A DNA stretch of 64,000 nucleotides from the NCBI RefSeq assembly GCF_006345805.1, contig NC_043007.1, forward strand, positions 76,818,001-76,882,000, written 5' to 3'. The notes under the pieces were generated by a model that saw only the letters and a list, made by a program, of their open reading frames with translations, searched no databases and was not told the origin of the DNA. A program made the position numbers and the translations under genes. This stretch comes from Octopus sinensis (taxonomy: Eukaryota). Below, one piece after another: positions 39,621 to 51,744 of the stretch (position 1 is the first letter of the stretch; the number at the start of each line of letters is the position of its first letter).

Positions 39621-41052
39621 GCCACATATTAGAGGAGGCTCTCAATAATAACAGTGTAGCAAAACGCATATGTATACTAAACTAGAGATTGGCAGACATG
39701 CCTTGTACACACACAGTTGATACCGTTCAGCTATGGCCGTCATCGATCCATGGGAGGCTACTCTTCTTTCTCTTGGAATATGTTATAACTTTTCACTACA
39801 TTTCATTTTGTAACCGACACTAACCCAACCACCAGGACTATCTTTTACTCGTTTCAATCATTTGACTATGGCCATGCTGGGGCTCCATCTTGCAGGGTTT
39901 GGGTTGAATGAATCAACTCCAGGACGTACATATAGTGTTATTGTATAGAGTGGAAGTTCAATACGAAATTTTGAACTCATCTTGTGGTTGATAATCCATT
40001 ACCTTAAATTTGAAGCCATTAAGTCCTTAAACACTATTTTACTGGGTTTAGTCTTTCGACTGTCACCATGATGGGGTTTCACCTTCAAAAATTTAATTGA
40101 TCATACTGACCTCAGTACATATTTCAATCTGGCATGAACTGCTAACTTTGAGACATAGTGGGACACAATACTCGATTTAACAACAAATGTAAACACACAC
40201 ACACGTACATATTAGGTGCAAGAATGAATGTGTGGTTGAGAAGTTTGCTTCCTAACCACATAGTTCCACGTTCAGTCCCTCTGCATGACACCTTGGGCAA
40301 GTGTTTTCTGTTATAACCCTAGGCCAACCACTGACTTGTGACTGAATTTGGTAGATGGAGACTGCAACGTTGTTCATCAGTAAAATGACCAAAAATCATG
40401 TTTATAAAGAAGAGTTGTTTGCTTCATACTCCTTTTGTGCTGATTCTGCCCATAAGAAAGGAACAAATAATGCAATGTAGCTGTAGGTCATAACACATGG
40501 GCAATGTCGGGGTGCATTGCTAGTGTATATATATATATATATCATCATCATATATCATCGTTTAGCGTCTGCTTTCCATGCTAGCATGGGTTGGACGGTT
40601 CAACTGGGGTCTGGGAAGCCAGAAGGCTGCACCAGGCCCAGTCTGATCTGGCAATGTTTCTACGGCTGGATGCCCTTCCTAACGCCAACCACTCCGTGAG
40701 TGTAGTGGGTGCTTTTTACATGCCACTGGCGTGGCCAGATGAGGCTGGCAAACGGCCATGATCGGATGGTGCTTTTTACGTGCCACATATATATAATTTT
40801 ATTTGTTAGGGAATAAAAATTCCGGCATCACAGGGGTTCAAATTATTCTCAATGAGGAAATATATATTTTCATTTAGAGATAGTAGGCGCCTTCATCTCG
40901 CCATAAAAAATAAATTTAGTTTAAATACTTACTACTTTATAACTTGGCTACATGTGTTTCATGAGGTACATTTCCCGGTTCCTTAACCACCGCCGTTTTG
41001 CTGGAACCATTCATAAAATATAATCCCAATCATCATATATTTATCTATATAT

Positions 41053-41103
<51 letters not shown>

Positions 41104-41377
41104 TAATCCAGACATGAAAACACAACAACACGAGGGCGTGGAACAAGTATAGTGTTATTGGACGCTCAGGAAAAGAAAGAAAGAAGGAAGATTTAACGTT
41201 TCGAGCGGTGCTCTTTGGCAGAAACATAGGAAAAGGAAAGATCCAAGGAAGGGAAGACAGAGGAAAAAAAATCGATACACATGCTGTCACACACACACAT
41301 ATATATATGTATACACACCTCCAGCATAAACTCAGTTGTATCTCAAGTGTAATTTATATAAATGCATTTCTTTTTAG

Positions 41378-41539
41378 GATTCTGTTAACTACTTAATGGG
41401 TGGTGGCAAAGTGGAAGAATATGATATATATAAAAATAGGAAAGATGCTTCAACATCTGCTTCACCCAAAGAGATCAATCAAGCCCAAAAGACCAGAGAA
41501 TCTGAAGAGATCAACATAGACCTTGCTAAACAAGAACAG
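41378..41539 (+). CDS. Repeat-array exon R3 (DSVNYLMGGGKVEEYDIYKNRKDASTSASPKEINQAQKTRESEEINIDLAKQEQ)
   Basis: TTTTTAG|GAT, CAG|GTATGT, 162 nt, phase 0-0. CxxC is replaced by YxxY. Confidence 0.85.
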
Positions 41540-42074
41540 GTATGTTTATATTACATATTTTATCAAACTCTGTCCACACAGTTATCAAGTAATATATTTA
41601 TATATATAATATCAAATCCATTTCCAAATATTATTTTGGTACTAACTTTGGTGACTACTGTGCAATTCATGTGTGGAATTTGCAGTGTAAATTCTTGTTT
41701 TGGAGGTATATAGAGCCCTGTTTCACTGTGGGTAGGACCAAGAAAGAAATATTCCGTCAAGCAAGAGAAGTATCTCTTATTATAAAAGGCAGATTTTATC
41801 TGCCTCCCTTTGGGAGTTATACAAATCTACAATATAGGATTTCTTCAATTACAATTTACCTAGCATTTTTAAGAGTACAATGCATCGCGTCATGCCAGGT
41901 CCAGTTTTTAAAATTTAAACTCCAATTAAGCAAAATTTACAGAAAACTCACATTCTGGTGTGTGTGTCAAATGCTTTTCTTAGTCTGGTTTACACCACAC
42001 GCAAACGCACACACACAGTGGGAAATGAATAAACTGAAACTAATTCACTGTGTGTTGACAGGTAGAAAATAGAA

Positions 42075-42117
42075 TGCGATGGCGATGGCTATGGCGATGG
42101 CTATGGCGATGGCGATG
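42075..42117. repeat. (GCGATG/GCTATG)7 hexamer microsatellite
   Basis: Read directly. One of many microsatellites; (TA)n, (CA)n, (GA)n and (CAT)n occur throughout the window. Confidence 0.9.
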
Positions 42118-42515
42118 TAATATTTGTTTCTCTCTATGACGCTCATAAAAGCATTGATGTACATGTGTGCGTGCGTGAGTGTGTGTGTGTCATTCCTCAC
42201 ACACACGCATACACATACATATATGAGAGTGGCAAACACAAACGTTTCAAACAACTACATACAAACACGTGTGTGTTTGTTATTAGTAAAAAAAGGCGCC
42301 AAAACACAACTCACTTATCATTCCAACACATTTGCAAAGACACACGGACGGTCGAATAACAATACAGAAAAGGTAAATTGGTTTTTATTTTACTCTGTAT
42401 ATATTTTATTATATAATATATATAGATATATGTATATATAATTGCAGTATGAAACAGTGTTTATGTATAAACAGACGACACTTATATATAGTTATTAATA
42501 AATGTATGCATCCGT

Positions 42516-43346
42516 TTAACCCTTTCGTTACCAAACCGCCCGAAAAAAATTTTGGTTAATGTGACCAAGCCACCCGAATTTACCTATTCATATTTAAATG
42601 AGAATATCAGAGTAAATCTCTTTAGAACATTCGTGAAAACACGTATTATACTTCGTAAACAGTTCAACTACAGTTTTGTACAAAAATCGAAGTGTAATTT
42701 TAATTCCGTGAATTATGGGAGATTTTTTTCCGAAATTTGTTCCTATTGTGTTTTCAAAATTTGTAATTCTGACAAAAAATGGATACGAATTTCATTATAT
42801 CAAGCAGCGAGTCAGAATTCGAAGGATTTTCTACTGAAGACCTTCATAAATCTAACTCTATGACTGAAAAAAAAAAGCATGTGGTATTTGATCTCAACCT
42901 AAACAAAGCGAAAGAAACGATAGTTTGTTATTTCCCACAACCTTAAATGAAATTAAGGCCTATTTTGCCATAAATATTATTATGGGTATTAGAAAGTTAC
43001 CCAGAATAACAAATTCTATCGTAAAATTTTGTTGTATACCCAATTGAATATTAGCTAATAACCCATTTTCTATAGCGATGTTTGAACAAAATTTTAATAA
43101 TTTTATATATTGTTGAATTTACCTGTATCTACCTGCAATTAGAGTCACTTTGTGACAAAAATTATAGTATAGAATTGGTTGAGAACATTTCACTAAATTA
43201 TCTTCCAAAAATCAGATTAATATATTCATAAATAAAAAAGTTATAGTTGTTTAATGAAACCAGACTAAATTTATGATTACGTTAGAAATTAATTGAAACA
43301 CATAAGGGGTGTATTTTGGTCAGAAATATAGTAACGAAAGGGTTAA
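42516..43346. mobile_element. Non-autonomous piggyBac-like element (~820 bp)
   Basis: TTAA|CCCTTTCGTTAC ... GTAACGAAAGGG|TTAA, a perfect 12-bp TIR with TTAA TSD. Confidence 0.85.
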
Positions 43347-43454
43347 GAAAAACCAAAAAATATTTTATTCTTTGTAAATGTTGTGTTCAAAATAACATTT
43401 TCTTTTAAGAATGTGTATATAACAAAGTATGTGTATATAACTACGTGGCTTATA

Positions 43455-43852
43455 TCTTTATATATAAGAGTGAAGTTGTGTGTCTGTCTCCTACGATTTA
43501 GATTCGTAACTACTCCCACATTTTGCGGTGTAGTTTAACCAAAAGCGGGTATCTTATAGTCGTGATTCATATCGAGCCCTTCTGGGTATTAGCGCGCATC
43601 TACGATGAGTCTACGATTTAAAAAAAATTTACCATCATATTTTTCCATTTTAATGCATATTTTTCGTTATTATATAAGGGAAGTAACTCTCTAAAAATAT
43701 CTACGATGTGTCAACGATTTAAAAAAAAAATTACCTTAATTTTTTTTCAATTTTTAATGCATTTTTTTGCTATTTTTTGGCTATAACTCTCTAAAAATGC
43801 TTATATAGTTATTTCCCTTACAAACCCGAGCAACGCCGGGCGATACTGCTAG
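43455..43852 (+). mobile_element. Non-autonomous Helitron
   Basis: A|TC 5' end, subterminal hairpin CCCGAGCAACGCCGGG, CTAG|T 3' end, no TSD. Confidence 0.75.
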
Positions 43853-44457
43853 TCATTTAATAAAGTAAACACATGATTTACATGTGTTCTACTGTAAGTT
43901 TCATGTTTGGATACTAGAATAATCAGATGGGTTAGCATGACCTGTACCAGTAATTCTTTTGTATTTTTATTTTCTTTTTTTGTGAGCCTGAAAATTCTCG
44001 GAAATAGTGATAGTACATTGCATACTATAGAAGCTTGTCTTATTACTGTACTGAGCATGAAAATTATAGTAGCTCACATGCAAATCCTGTGTCTATTGAA
44101 TTTAATGATATATATATGTGTATGTGTGTTAGCAATGATACTCAGCCTTGTACATGGCGGCAATGAGGCAACATATGTATAACTATATAGATCTATATTG
44201 AGGAGACCCATATACACACATTCATTCAAATATATATCCATTCATCCATATAAAAGTTAGTAATAAGGGATTATAAATTTGAGCAAAATACTTTGTCGAC
44301 TCTCTGTTAATATAAATACACCAGGCTAACAAAAGGTTTGCAGATTTGTATAGAATTCCAAATCCTAAGAAAAGATCTGATGTTGAAATTCATCACCAGT
44401 TGACTTTGTAAATCTATGGTTGCATTCCCAAGTTAATATCATATTTTTCACAGAGTG

Positions 44458-44668
44458 ATATACAAAAAGAAAGGCATAAATAATAGGCTTTACATATTTC
44501 TTTGTTTGTGCAACATAGACTTAAAGCTGTTTCTGATATGCATCATAGGTGTGTTCATAGTTCTGTTTACTCAGTTGGTTAATTGCATATCAGAAACAGC
44601 TGTAAGTCTAAGATACACAAATAAAGAACTATGTAAAGCCTATTATTTATGCCTTTTCTCATGTATAT
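44458..44668. repeat. Inverted repeat (~85-bp arms, ~40-nt spacer), MITE-like
   Basis: AAAGGCATAAATAATAGGCTTTACATA...CTGTTTCTGATATGCA pairs with TGCATATCAGAAACAG...TATGTAAAGCCTATTATTTATGCCTTT. Confidence 0.8.
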
Positions 44669-44704
44669 ATATATGTGTGTGTCTATATATACATACATAT
44701 GTGC

Positions 44705-44797
<93 letters not shown>

Positions 44798-45025
44798 AAG
44801 GCGAGCTGGCAGAAACGTTAGCACACCGGGCAAAATGCTTAGCAGTATTGTGTCTGCCGTTGTGTTCTGAGTTCAAATTCCGCCGAGGTCGACTTTGCCT
44901 TACATCCTTTCGGGGTCGATAAATTAAGTACCAGTTACGCACTGGGGTCAATGTAATCGACTTAATCCGTTTGTCTGTCCTTGTTTGTCCCCTCTATGTT
45001 TAGCCCCTTGTGGGCAATAAAGAAA
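44798..45025 (+). mobile_element. Intact SINE inserted in a (TA)n tract
   Basis: Near-identical to 33409-33640. Confidence 0.85.
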
Positions 45026-45026
45026 C

Positions 45027-45058
<32 letters not shown>

Positions 45059-45605
45059 AATTAATAAATAAAAAAAATGCATATACACATACATATATGT
45101 ACGTACCTACCTCTACATGTATATATACATGCATATATGGGTACAGGACACCAAAAAAATGTCGAACACAATGAGAAACGAAAACATAAACACAAAACCA
45201 AGGAACAGGACATTTTTCTTAAACAACGAAAAAATATAGTACAGGACAAATAACAAGGAAAATTCCCCTTCTTCAGTCGTCATGGTTTCATTTACTCTGC
45301 GTTTCAAAGGTGAAGGCGATACACATCTTCGATAGAAACTTTCCTTCCCGCGAAAAGCAAATTAAATAAAATTTGAGATCTTTTTGTGGAGGGGTAAAAA
45401 TGCTAGCAAAAACAGGACAGTAACGACAGTACAAAATATAAACAGTAAAAGACAGGACAAGGAGAATAACAAGACAAGAAGGGCTGTTAAGCCGAACGAG
45501 AAAAAAGTATTACGAACGCTATTTTTGAGAACTGCGAAGGAGCAACAGAAAATGCCGTCTACACTTCATGGACGCCAGGCCAGAAAGGCAGTAGCAGAGC
45601 TCTCG

Positions 45606-45646
<41 letters not shown>

Positions 45647-45837
45647 GGGGGTGGGGTCCAAAATTAAGGCAACTGAAGTGCGTGTGTGTGTGTGTGGTTG
45701 TTTGACTAAAATTCTTCAAGGTGGTACCTCAGCATTCCCATAGTCTAATGACTGAAATTTGTAAAAGATAAAACATATCTCCAGCATAAATTTATTTGCA
45801 TCTAAAATATAATTTGTATAAATGAATTTCTTTTTAG

Positions 45838-45987
45838 GATACTGTAAAATATGTAGTGGTTGGTGGTAACATTGAAAGATGTAAGATATGTAAAAATATT
45901 AAACCTACTTCACCCAACGAGATCAATGAACCCCAAGAGACTGGACAACCTGAAGAAATTGACATAAACCTTGCTAAGCAAAATCAG
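45838..45987 (+). CDS. Repeat-array exon R4 (DTVKYVVVGGNIERCKICKNIKPTSPNEINEPQETGQPEEIDINLAKQNQ)
   Basis: TTTTTAG|GAT, CAG|GTAGGT, 150 nt, phase 0-0. Confidence 0.85.
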
Positions 45988-46118
45988 GTAGGTGTTCATA
46001 TTATGATATATTTTATCAAACTGTGTTCACAGTACTGTAGTTATCAAGATTTCATACTTTGAATATATGTATCTGTTGTGCATATAAATCTGTGTAGTTA
46101 GAGAATTCAGCATAAATT

Positions 46119-46188
<70 letters not shown>

Positions 46189-46189
46189 A

Positions 46190-46221
<32 letters not shown>

Positions 46222-46479
46222 AAAACTGAGAATGTGTGTCTGTCTGTATGTGTGCATCACTAAAACTCAAGAACTACCCAACCGATTTTCATTCAAATTT
46301 TACACATGCCTTACTTAGAGTTCATACAGTGTCATGGGCCCCAAAAAGTTTCAACTTCTTGCCTAATGCAACCCCGGAGCAATCTCTTATCTCTTACACT
46401 ATTTCAGTATTACGTGTCAAAAGTGAAACAATCTCTGCTAGTATATATGTGTATGTGTGTGTATTTGTATATATATATT

Positions 46480-46527
<48 letters not shown>

Positions 46528-47497
46528 ACATTTATGTATATATTGGCCTCGTGCTGGTGGCACGTAAAAAGCACCATCCGATCGTAGCCGTTGCCAGCCT
46601 CACCTGGCCCCCGTGCCGGTGGCATGCAAAAAGCACCATCTGATCGTGGCCGTTTGTCAGCCTCGTCTGGCACCTGTGCCGGTGGCACATAAAAAGCACC
46701 CACTACACTCATGGAGTGGTTGGCGTTAGGAAGGGCATCCAGCCGCAGACCCCAGTTAAACCATCCAACCCATGCTAGCATGGAAAGCGGATGCTAAACG
46801 ATGATGATGATGATGATATGATGGACTTTCTCATTGTTAGATGATGTATGAGGGTTTGGCAAGTTCTGACCAAACAACTACACATGATTTGTTTGTTGTG
46901 TACACATAGACTCGCTCCAATCATCAAATTGACATTACCTGTACAGGGGCAATGGTTGTCATATGTAAGATGACTTCATGATCACAGAGTAACATGAAAT
47001 GAAGTGCTTTGCTCAAGAAAACAACACAATACCCAGTCTGAAAATTGAACCTATGATCTTGACAGGAGAGGTAGAAAGAAAGGGAGATAATAAAGTATTG
47101 GTGATCCCAAAAACGAAGGTTCACGTGCGTGTGTGTATGTGAGAATGTGTAGGTGTGTGTGTGTGTGTGGATATGAGCTAGTGACTTTGACGTGTGGATG
47201 AGTGTGTGTGTATGTGTGTGCATTTGTAATGTGGGTGTGTGGGTATGCGGCTGATGGTGTGCGGGTGTGTAGATGATAGTGTTTGGATACTGGAAAGTGG
47301 TCAGTGCTAGTGTGTGTGGAGTGGGGTGGGGTGTGTGGGAGTGGGCGTGGGTGGAGGGGTTTCAATGAAGAGAGAGGTAGGTAGGAGTGAGGAGAGGATG
47401 TAGGTGTCATGAAGAGAAGAGAGGAAGGGAGTCTGATGAAGAAAGGAGGGGAGTTGAGCTCATGTGGCGCAAGGGAGCAAAGGGAGAAGGTGTGTGC

Positions 47498-47534
<37 letters not shown>

Positions 47535-47674
47535 TAATATAAACCCACAGGATCCACTCCGTGGGAAGTAATTTTCTTTTCACTCCTGGAAAATTTTATA
47601 TCTTTTCACGACATTTCTTTCCTGTTCTTTATTTGTATCTCAAGTATAATTTTTATGAATGCATTTCATTTTAG

Positions 47675-47824
47675 GATACTGTTGAATATGTTGTGTTCGG
47701 TAGTGATGTGGAAAGATGTAAGGTATGCAAAAATCTTAAAACTGCATCAACATCTCCTAAAAAGATTAATCAAGCCCAACAAACCAGACAACCTGAAAAG
47801 GTCAACTTTGCTAAACAGGAACAG
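47675..47824 (+). CDS. Repeat-array exon R5 (DTVEYVVFGSDVERCKVCKNLKTASTSPKKINQAQQTRQPEKVNFAKQEQ)
   Basis: TTTTAG|GAT, CAG|GTGGGT, 150 nt, phase 0-0. The ORF track translates it in the wrong frame. Confidence 0.85.
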
Positions 47825-49562
47825 GTGGGTGTTTATATTGTGATATATTTTATCTAATTGCGTCTATTACGATGTAGTTATCAAGTTGATATATCATGAA
47901 TTAATGTTCACTTTATCATGTTTGCATGGATAAGATAGAATTTGTCGATGGTTGAATGCTTTCCTGTTATCAACCCGCAACTCTCCTCTGTTTAAAAGCA
48001 AGATAGTGTTTCATCATAGAAAACAGAAAATAAACAGCGTTGCTTGTATGATGGTGACATTCAGTTACAATTATCACATGATGCCAAGACAAGAGTATAA
48101 ACATACATGCATGTGCATGCACACACAGCCACACACACACACACATGCATGCATGCATTATGCACTCACACATACACACATGAACACATGCATGCACACA
48201 CACACACACACACACACACATAATAAGGTCCTTTCAGGGGGCTATAGTGTCCAAAATGCTCTGCAGCAGGACTGAACTCAAGACCAAAAGGTTGCAAAGT
48301 AGGTTTCCCAGCCAAACATCAACAATGTTGGGTGCTCTCAAGCTCCTGGCTCTAAGGGTATTGCGAAAGGCCTTGTTGTAGGCCCAACCTTCCAAGTTCT
48401 TTTACAGGGCTTATAAAAATTGAAGGACTGCTGCAATAAGTATGTGAATCCAACAGGGAAATATGTTGAATAAAATCATAATTAACTGGTCTTCCTGTAT
48501 TTTCTTTTACCTAAATCCAGGAACTTTTCTACACCCCAGTGTATATATATAAATATATATATATAGTTGACAAACAGGGTTCTGCAATGGATGATATTCA
48601 TATACAGAAACTCCTCTGTATATATTTATATTGACAATAATCCTGACACTTAGTGCTTATAGATAATTTGTAAATAAATTTACATGTAGCAACATAATTT
48701 GCCTTACTTTAGATTGTTGTAACTAGAGATCTCTGTTTGTAAGATGATCTGTAGAAGAACTCTACTAAGTTTCACCTGATTGTTACCAGCTTATCAGCTG
48801 TGTTATACTTAATTTCTACTATAAATTTTCACTTGTCTCATTTTTCACAAGTAGCTGTAAACTACTGTTCATCTGTGATGAATATATCACTTAAACATAC
48901 ACACAAACTGGTTATAACTGTGTTGTTCAATTTTGTAGAGTTCTGTTTGTTTAACTATATTTTTCTAATATCTACATGTAAATTTATATGCAACTCAAGT
49001 ATCTATATTAAGAAAAACAAAATTCTGTCTGTCTGGGACCCCTGTATCTTGGTCTACATTTGCTCTACATAGACTTATTGTACCTTCTTGGAATTAGGGT
49101 GATCTGGGGATTGAAAATCTGCCCTTCATTTGGTTCTTGAACATCTAGCATTGTGATCTGATTTAAAAGCATTTGAGTTGCTATTTCTAGCAGGTAAAGC
49201 TTGGCTGATTCACACCATCTTGGTTGGCATTTGTCAGATGATGTAAGAAATCAAGGGGGAGATAAATGACATTTGTGTCATTAATTTTACATTGAGAACT
49301 ATGGGATAAATTGGCCAACTATTGGGATTCAACTTGAGACTGGAACAATAGAATGATTGCATTACAGAATTCTCATCCATCCATAACTTCTGATTAAACA
49401 CCACCAGGTCATATAGGTCATTATAGACATATTATAGTCATGCTATTTAGTTCTCTTCTGTTTTGGGTCACAGGCCTATTTAGCCCTCCGCAGGAGCTAG
49501 CATAAATGTCTGCACAGAGTGCAGCTTTCAAGCTAGTAATTTATATAACCGTTTCTTTTTAG

Positions 49563-49706
49563 GATACTGCTGATTATCTAATGGCTGGTAGAAAGATGGT
49601 AAGATGTAAGATATGTAAAAATTTTAAAGTTGTTTCAACATCTGTTCCACCTTATGAGATCAGAGAACCTAGAGAAATTGACATAGACCTTGCTAAACAA
49701 GAACAG
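49563..49706 (+). CDS. Repeat-array exon R6 (DTADYLMAGRKMVRCKICKNFKVVSTSVPPYEIREPREIDIDLAKQEQ)
   Basis: TTTTTAG|GAT, CAG|GTAGGT, 144 nt, phase 0-0. Confidence 0.85.
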
Positions 49707-49782
49707 GTAGGTTAATATTATATTTTATCTCTATCCAGATAAACATAGTTATCATGATCTCTCTCTCATGTTTGTATATATA

Positions 49783-51443
49783 TCATCAGCTGGATGCACA
49801 GGGTCCAGAGGAGGCTGGCAACGTCCATGATCAGTTAGTGGTTTTTATGTGCCACTGGCATGGACACCAGTCAAGGCGGCACTGGCATCGGCCATGTTCA
49901 GATGGTGATTTTTACGTGCCACCAGCACGGGTATCACAACTACAATTTCCATTTGATTTTTATTTTGATGTTGATGTACTTGACTCAATAGGTCTCCTCA
50001 AGCACAGCAGGTCGCCCTACGATCGAAGGTAAGCACAGCAGGCTGTCCTTGGAGTCATGAACTCACTTCATTTGTCGGGTCTTCACAGTCACAGCATATC
50101 TCCAGAGGTCTTGGTCTTTTGTCATTGCCTCTGTGAGGCCCAACATTCGAAGGTCATGCTTGACCACCTCATCCCATATCTTCCTTGGTCTACCTCTTCC
50201 CCGGATTCCTTCAGTTGTTTGGGAGTGGCAGTTCTTCACATATCTCTCCTCATCCATCCATAGTACATGACCAGACCAATGCAAACTTCTCTCCTGCATG
50301 CCACATCCAATGCTTCTTATGTCCAACATTTCTCTCAGGGCGCTTACACTCTGTTGTACGTGCACACTGACATTACACATCCAGCAGATCATGCTAGCTT
50401 TATTTCTTTCAAGCCTACGCATGTTCTCCGCAGTCATGGCCCATGTTTCACTGCTGTGAAGCATGCTCGTTCGCACACATGCATCATACAATCTACCTTT
50501 CACTCTGAGTGAGAGACCCTTTATCACCAGTGGGGGAAGAAGCTTTCTAAACTTTGCCCAGGCTATTCTTATTCTAGTGGTAACACTCTCTGAGCATCCA
50601 CCCCCACTACTAACTTGGTCACCTAGGTAGCAGAAGCTATCAACTACTTCTAGTTTCTCCCACTGGAGTGTGATGGAATCTATGGTGTCTATTGCCCCTG
50701 TGCATCTGCCGCACACGAAAGCTATCTTCTTGAATAATTTTCCTTTGATGTTGCTGCACCTCTTATGTGTCCATAGCTTACATTGGGTACAACTTATGGA
50801 ATTTCTACCTACACCTTTTATACAGATCGAGCAGGGCCACCTACATGAAGTAAACCTTCTTACTTACTAGTACTTTTGTCTTTGCTACATTGACCCTAAG
50901 GCCTTTTGATTCTAAACCTAGCTTCCATACCAGAAATTTCTTTTCTAGTTCCGGTAGTGATTTTGCGATGAGGGCCAGGTCATCAGCATACAGGAGCTCC
51001 CATGGGCATCCCATCTTAAATTTCTCTGTCGTTGCCTGGAGGACTATGATGAATAAAAGGGACCCCCTCCTTCTACCTGGAATTCTACTCATTGCCAATC
51101 CTAACCTTACTAACGGCCTCTCTGTGTAGCCCTTATTAACTATTCGTCAGTCTCCAGTTTCCACATCACCCACCAGATAAGGGAACGAGGGACCCTATCA
51201 AAGGCTTTCTCCAAGTCCACAAAAGCTAAGTATAGGGGAATATCTTTAGCTAGGTATTTCTCCTGCAGTTGTTGAACCAGGTATATGGCATCAGTGGTGC
51301 TTGTACCTGGCACAAAACCAAACTGAATCTCATCTAAGCAGACTCTCTCCCTAATGAGATGGACTATGACCCTCTCTGTGACCTTCATCACCTGATCCAG
51401 CAGTTTGATACCCTTGTAGTTATTTCTATCTAGAGCATCACCA
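49783..51443 (-). mobile_element. 5'-truncated RTE LINE (RT through 3' UTR)
   Basis: QFGFVPG..TTDAI, AFVDLEKAFDRV, LLYADDLAL, FCYLGD and GRGRPRKIWDE in ORFs 50063-51391(-). Confidence 0.9.
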
Positions 51444-51518
51444 TTATATTTTTCTAATATCTACATGTAAATTTATTTGCATCTTAAAGATAATTTATAT
51501 AAGTATGTTTGTTTTTAG

Positions 51519-51680
51519 GATACTGTTGATTATGTAATGGCTGGTAGAAAGATGGAAAGATGTAAGATATGTAAAAATTTTAAAGTTACTTCAACATCTG
51601 CTTCACCCAAAATGATCAGCGAACCCCAAGAGACTAGGCAACCTAGAAAAATTGACATCGATCTTACTAAACAAGAACAG
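51519..51680 (+). CDS. Repeat-array exon R7 (DTVDYVMAGRKMERCKICKNFKVTSTSASPKMISEPQETRQPRKIDIDLTKQEQ)
   Basis: TTTTTAG|GAT, CAG|GTAGGT, 162 nt, phase 0-0. Confidence 0.85.
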
Positions 51681-51744
51681 GTAGGTTAATATATTTTATC
51701 TCTATCCAGATAAACATAGTTATCAAAATCTCTCTCTCATCAAT

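Noticed and set aside
41740-42400. Possible antisense nested exons or promoter (CpG-richer sequence with minus-strand GTGAGT/GTAAAT donors)
   Set aside because: No matching acceptors or coherent ORF were found, so it is not supportable without transcript data.
44455-48275. Many 60-135 aa ORFs rich in YI/HT/CV repeats (also at ~11-12 kb, 38 kb, 41-42 kb and 53 kb)
   Set aside because: They are translations of (TA)n/(CA)n microsatellites and SINE/LINE tails, with no coding signal.
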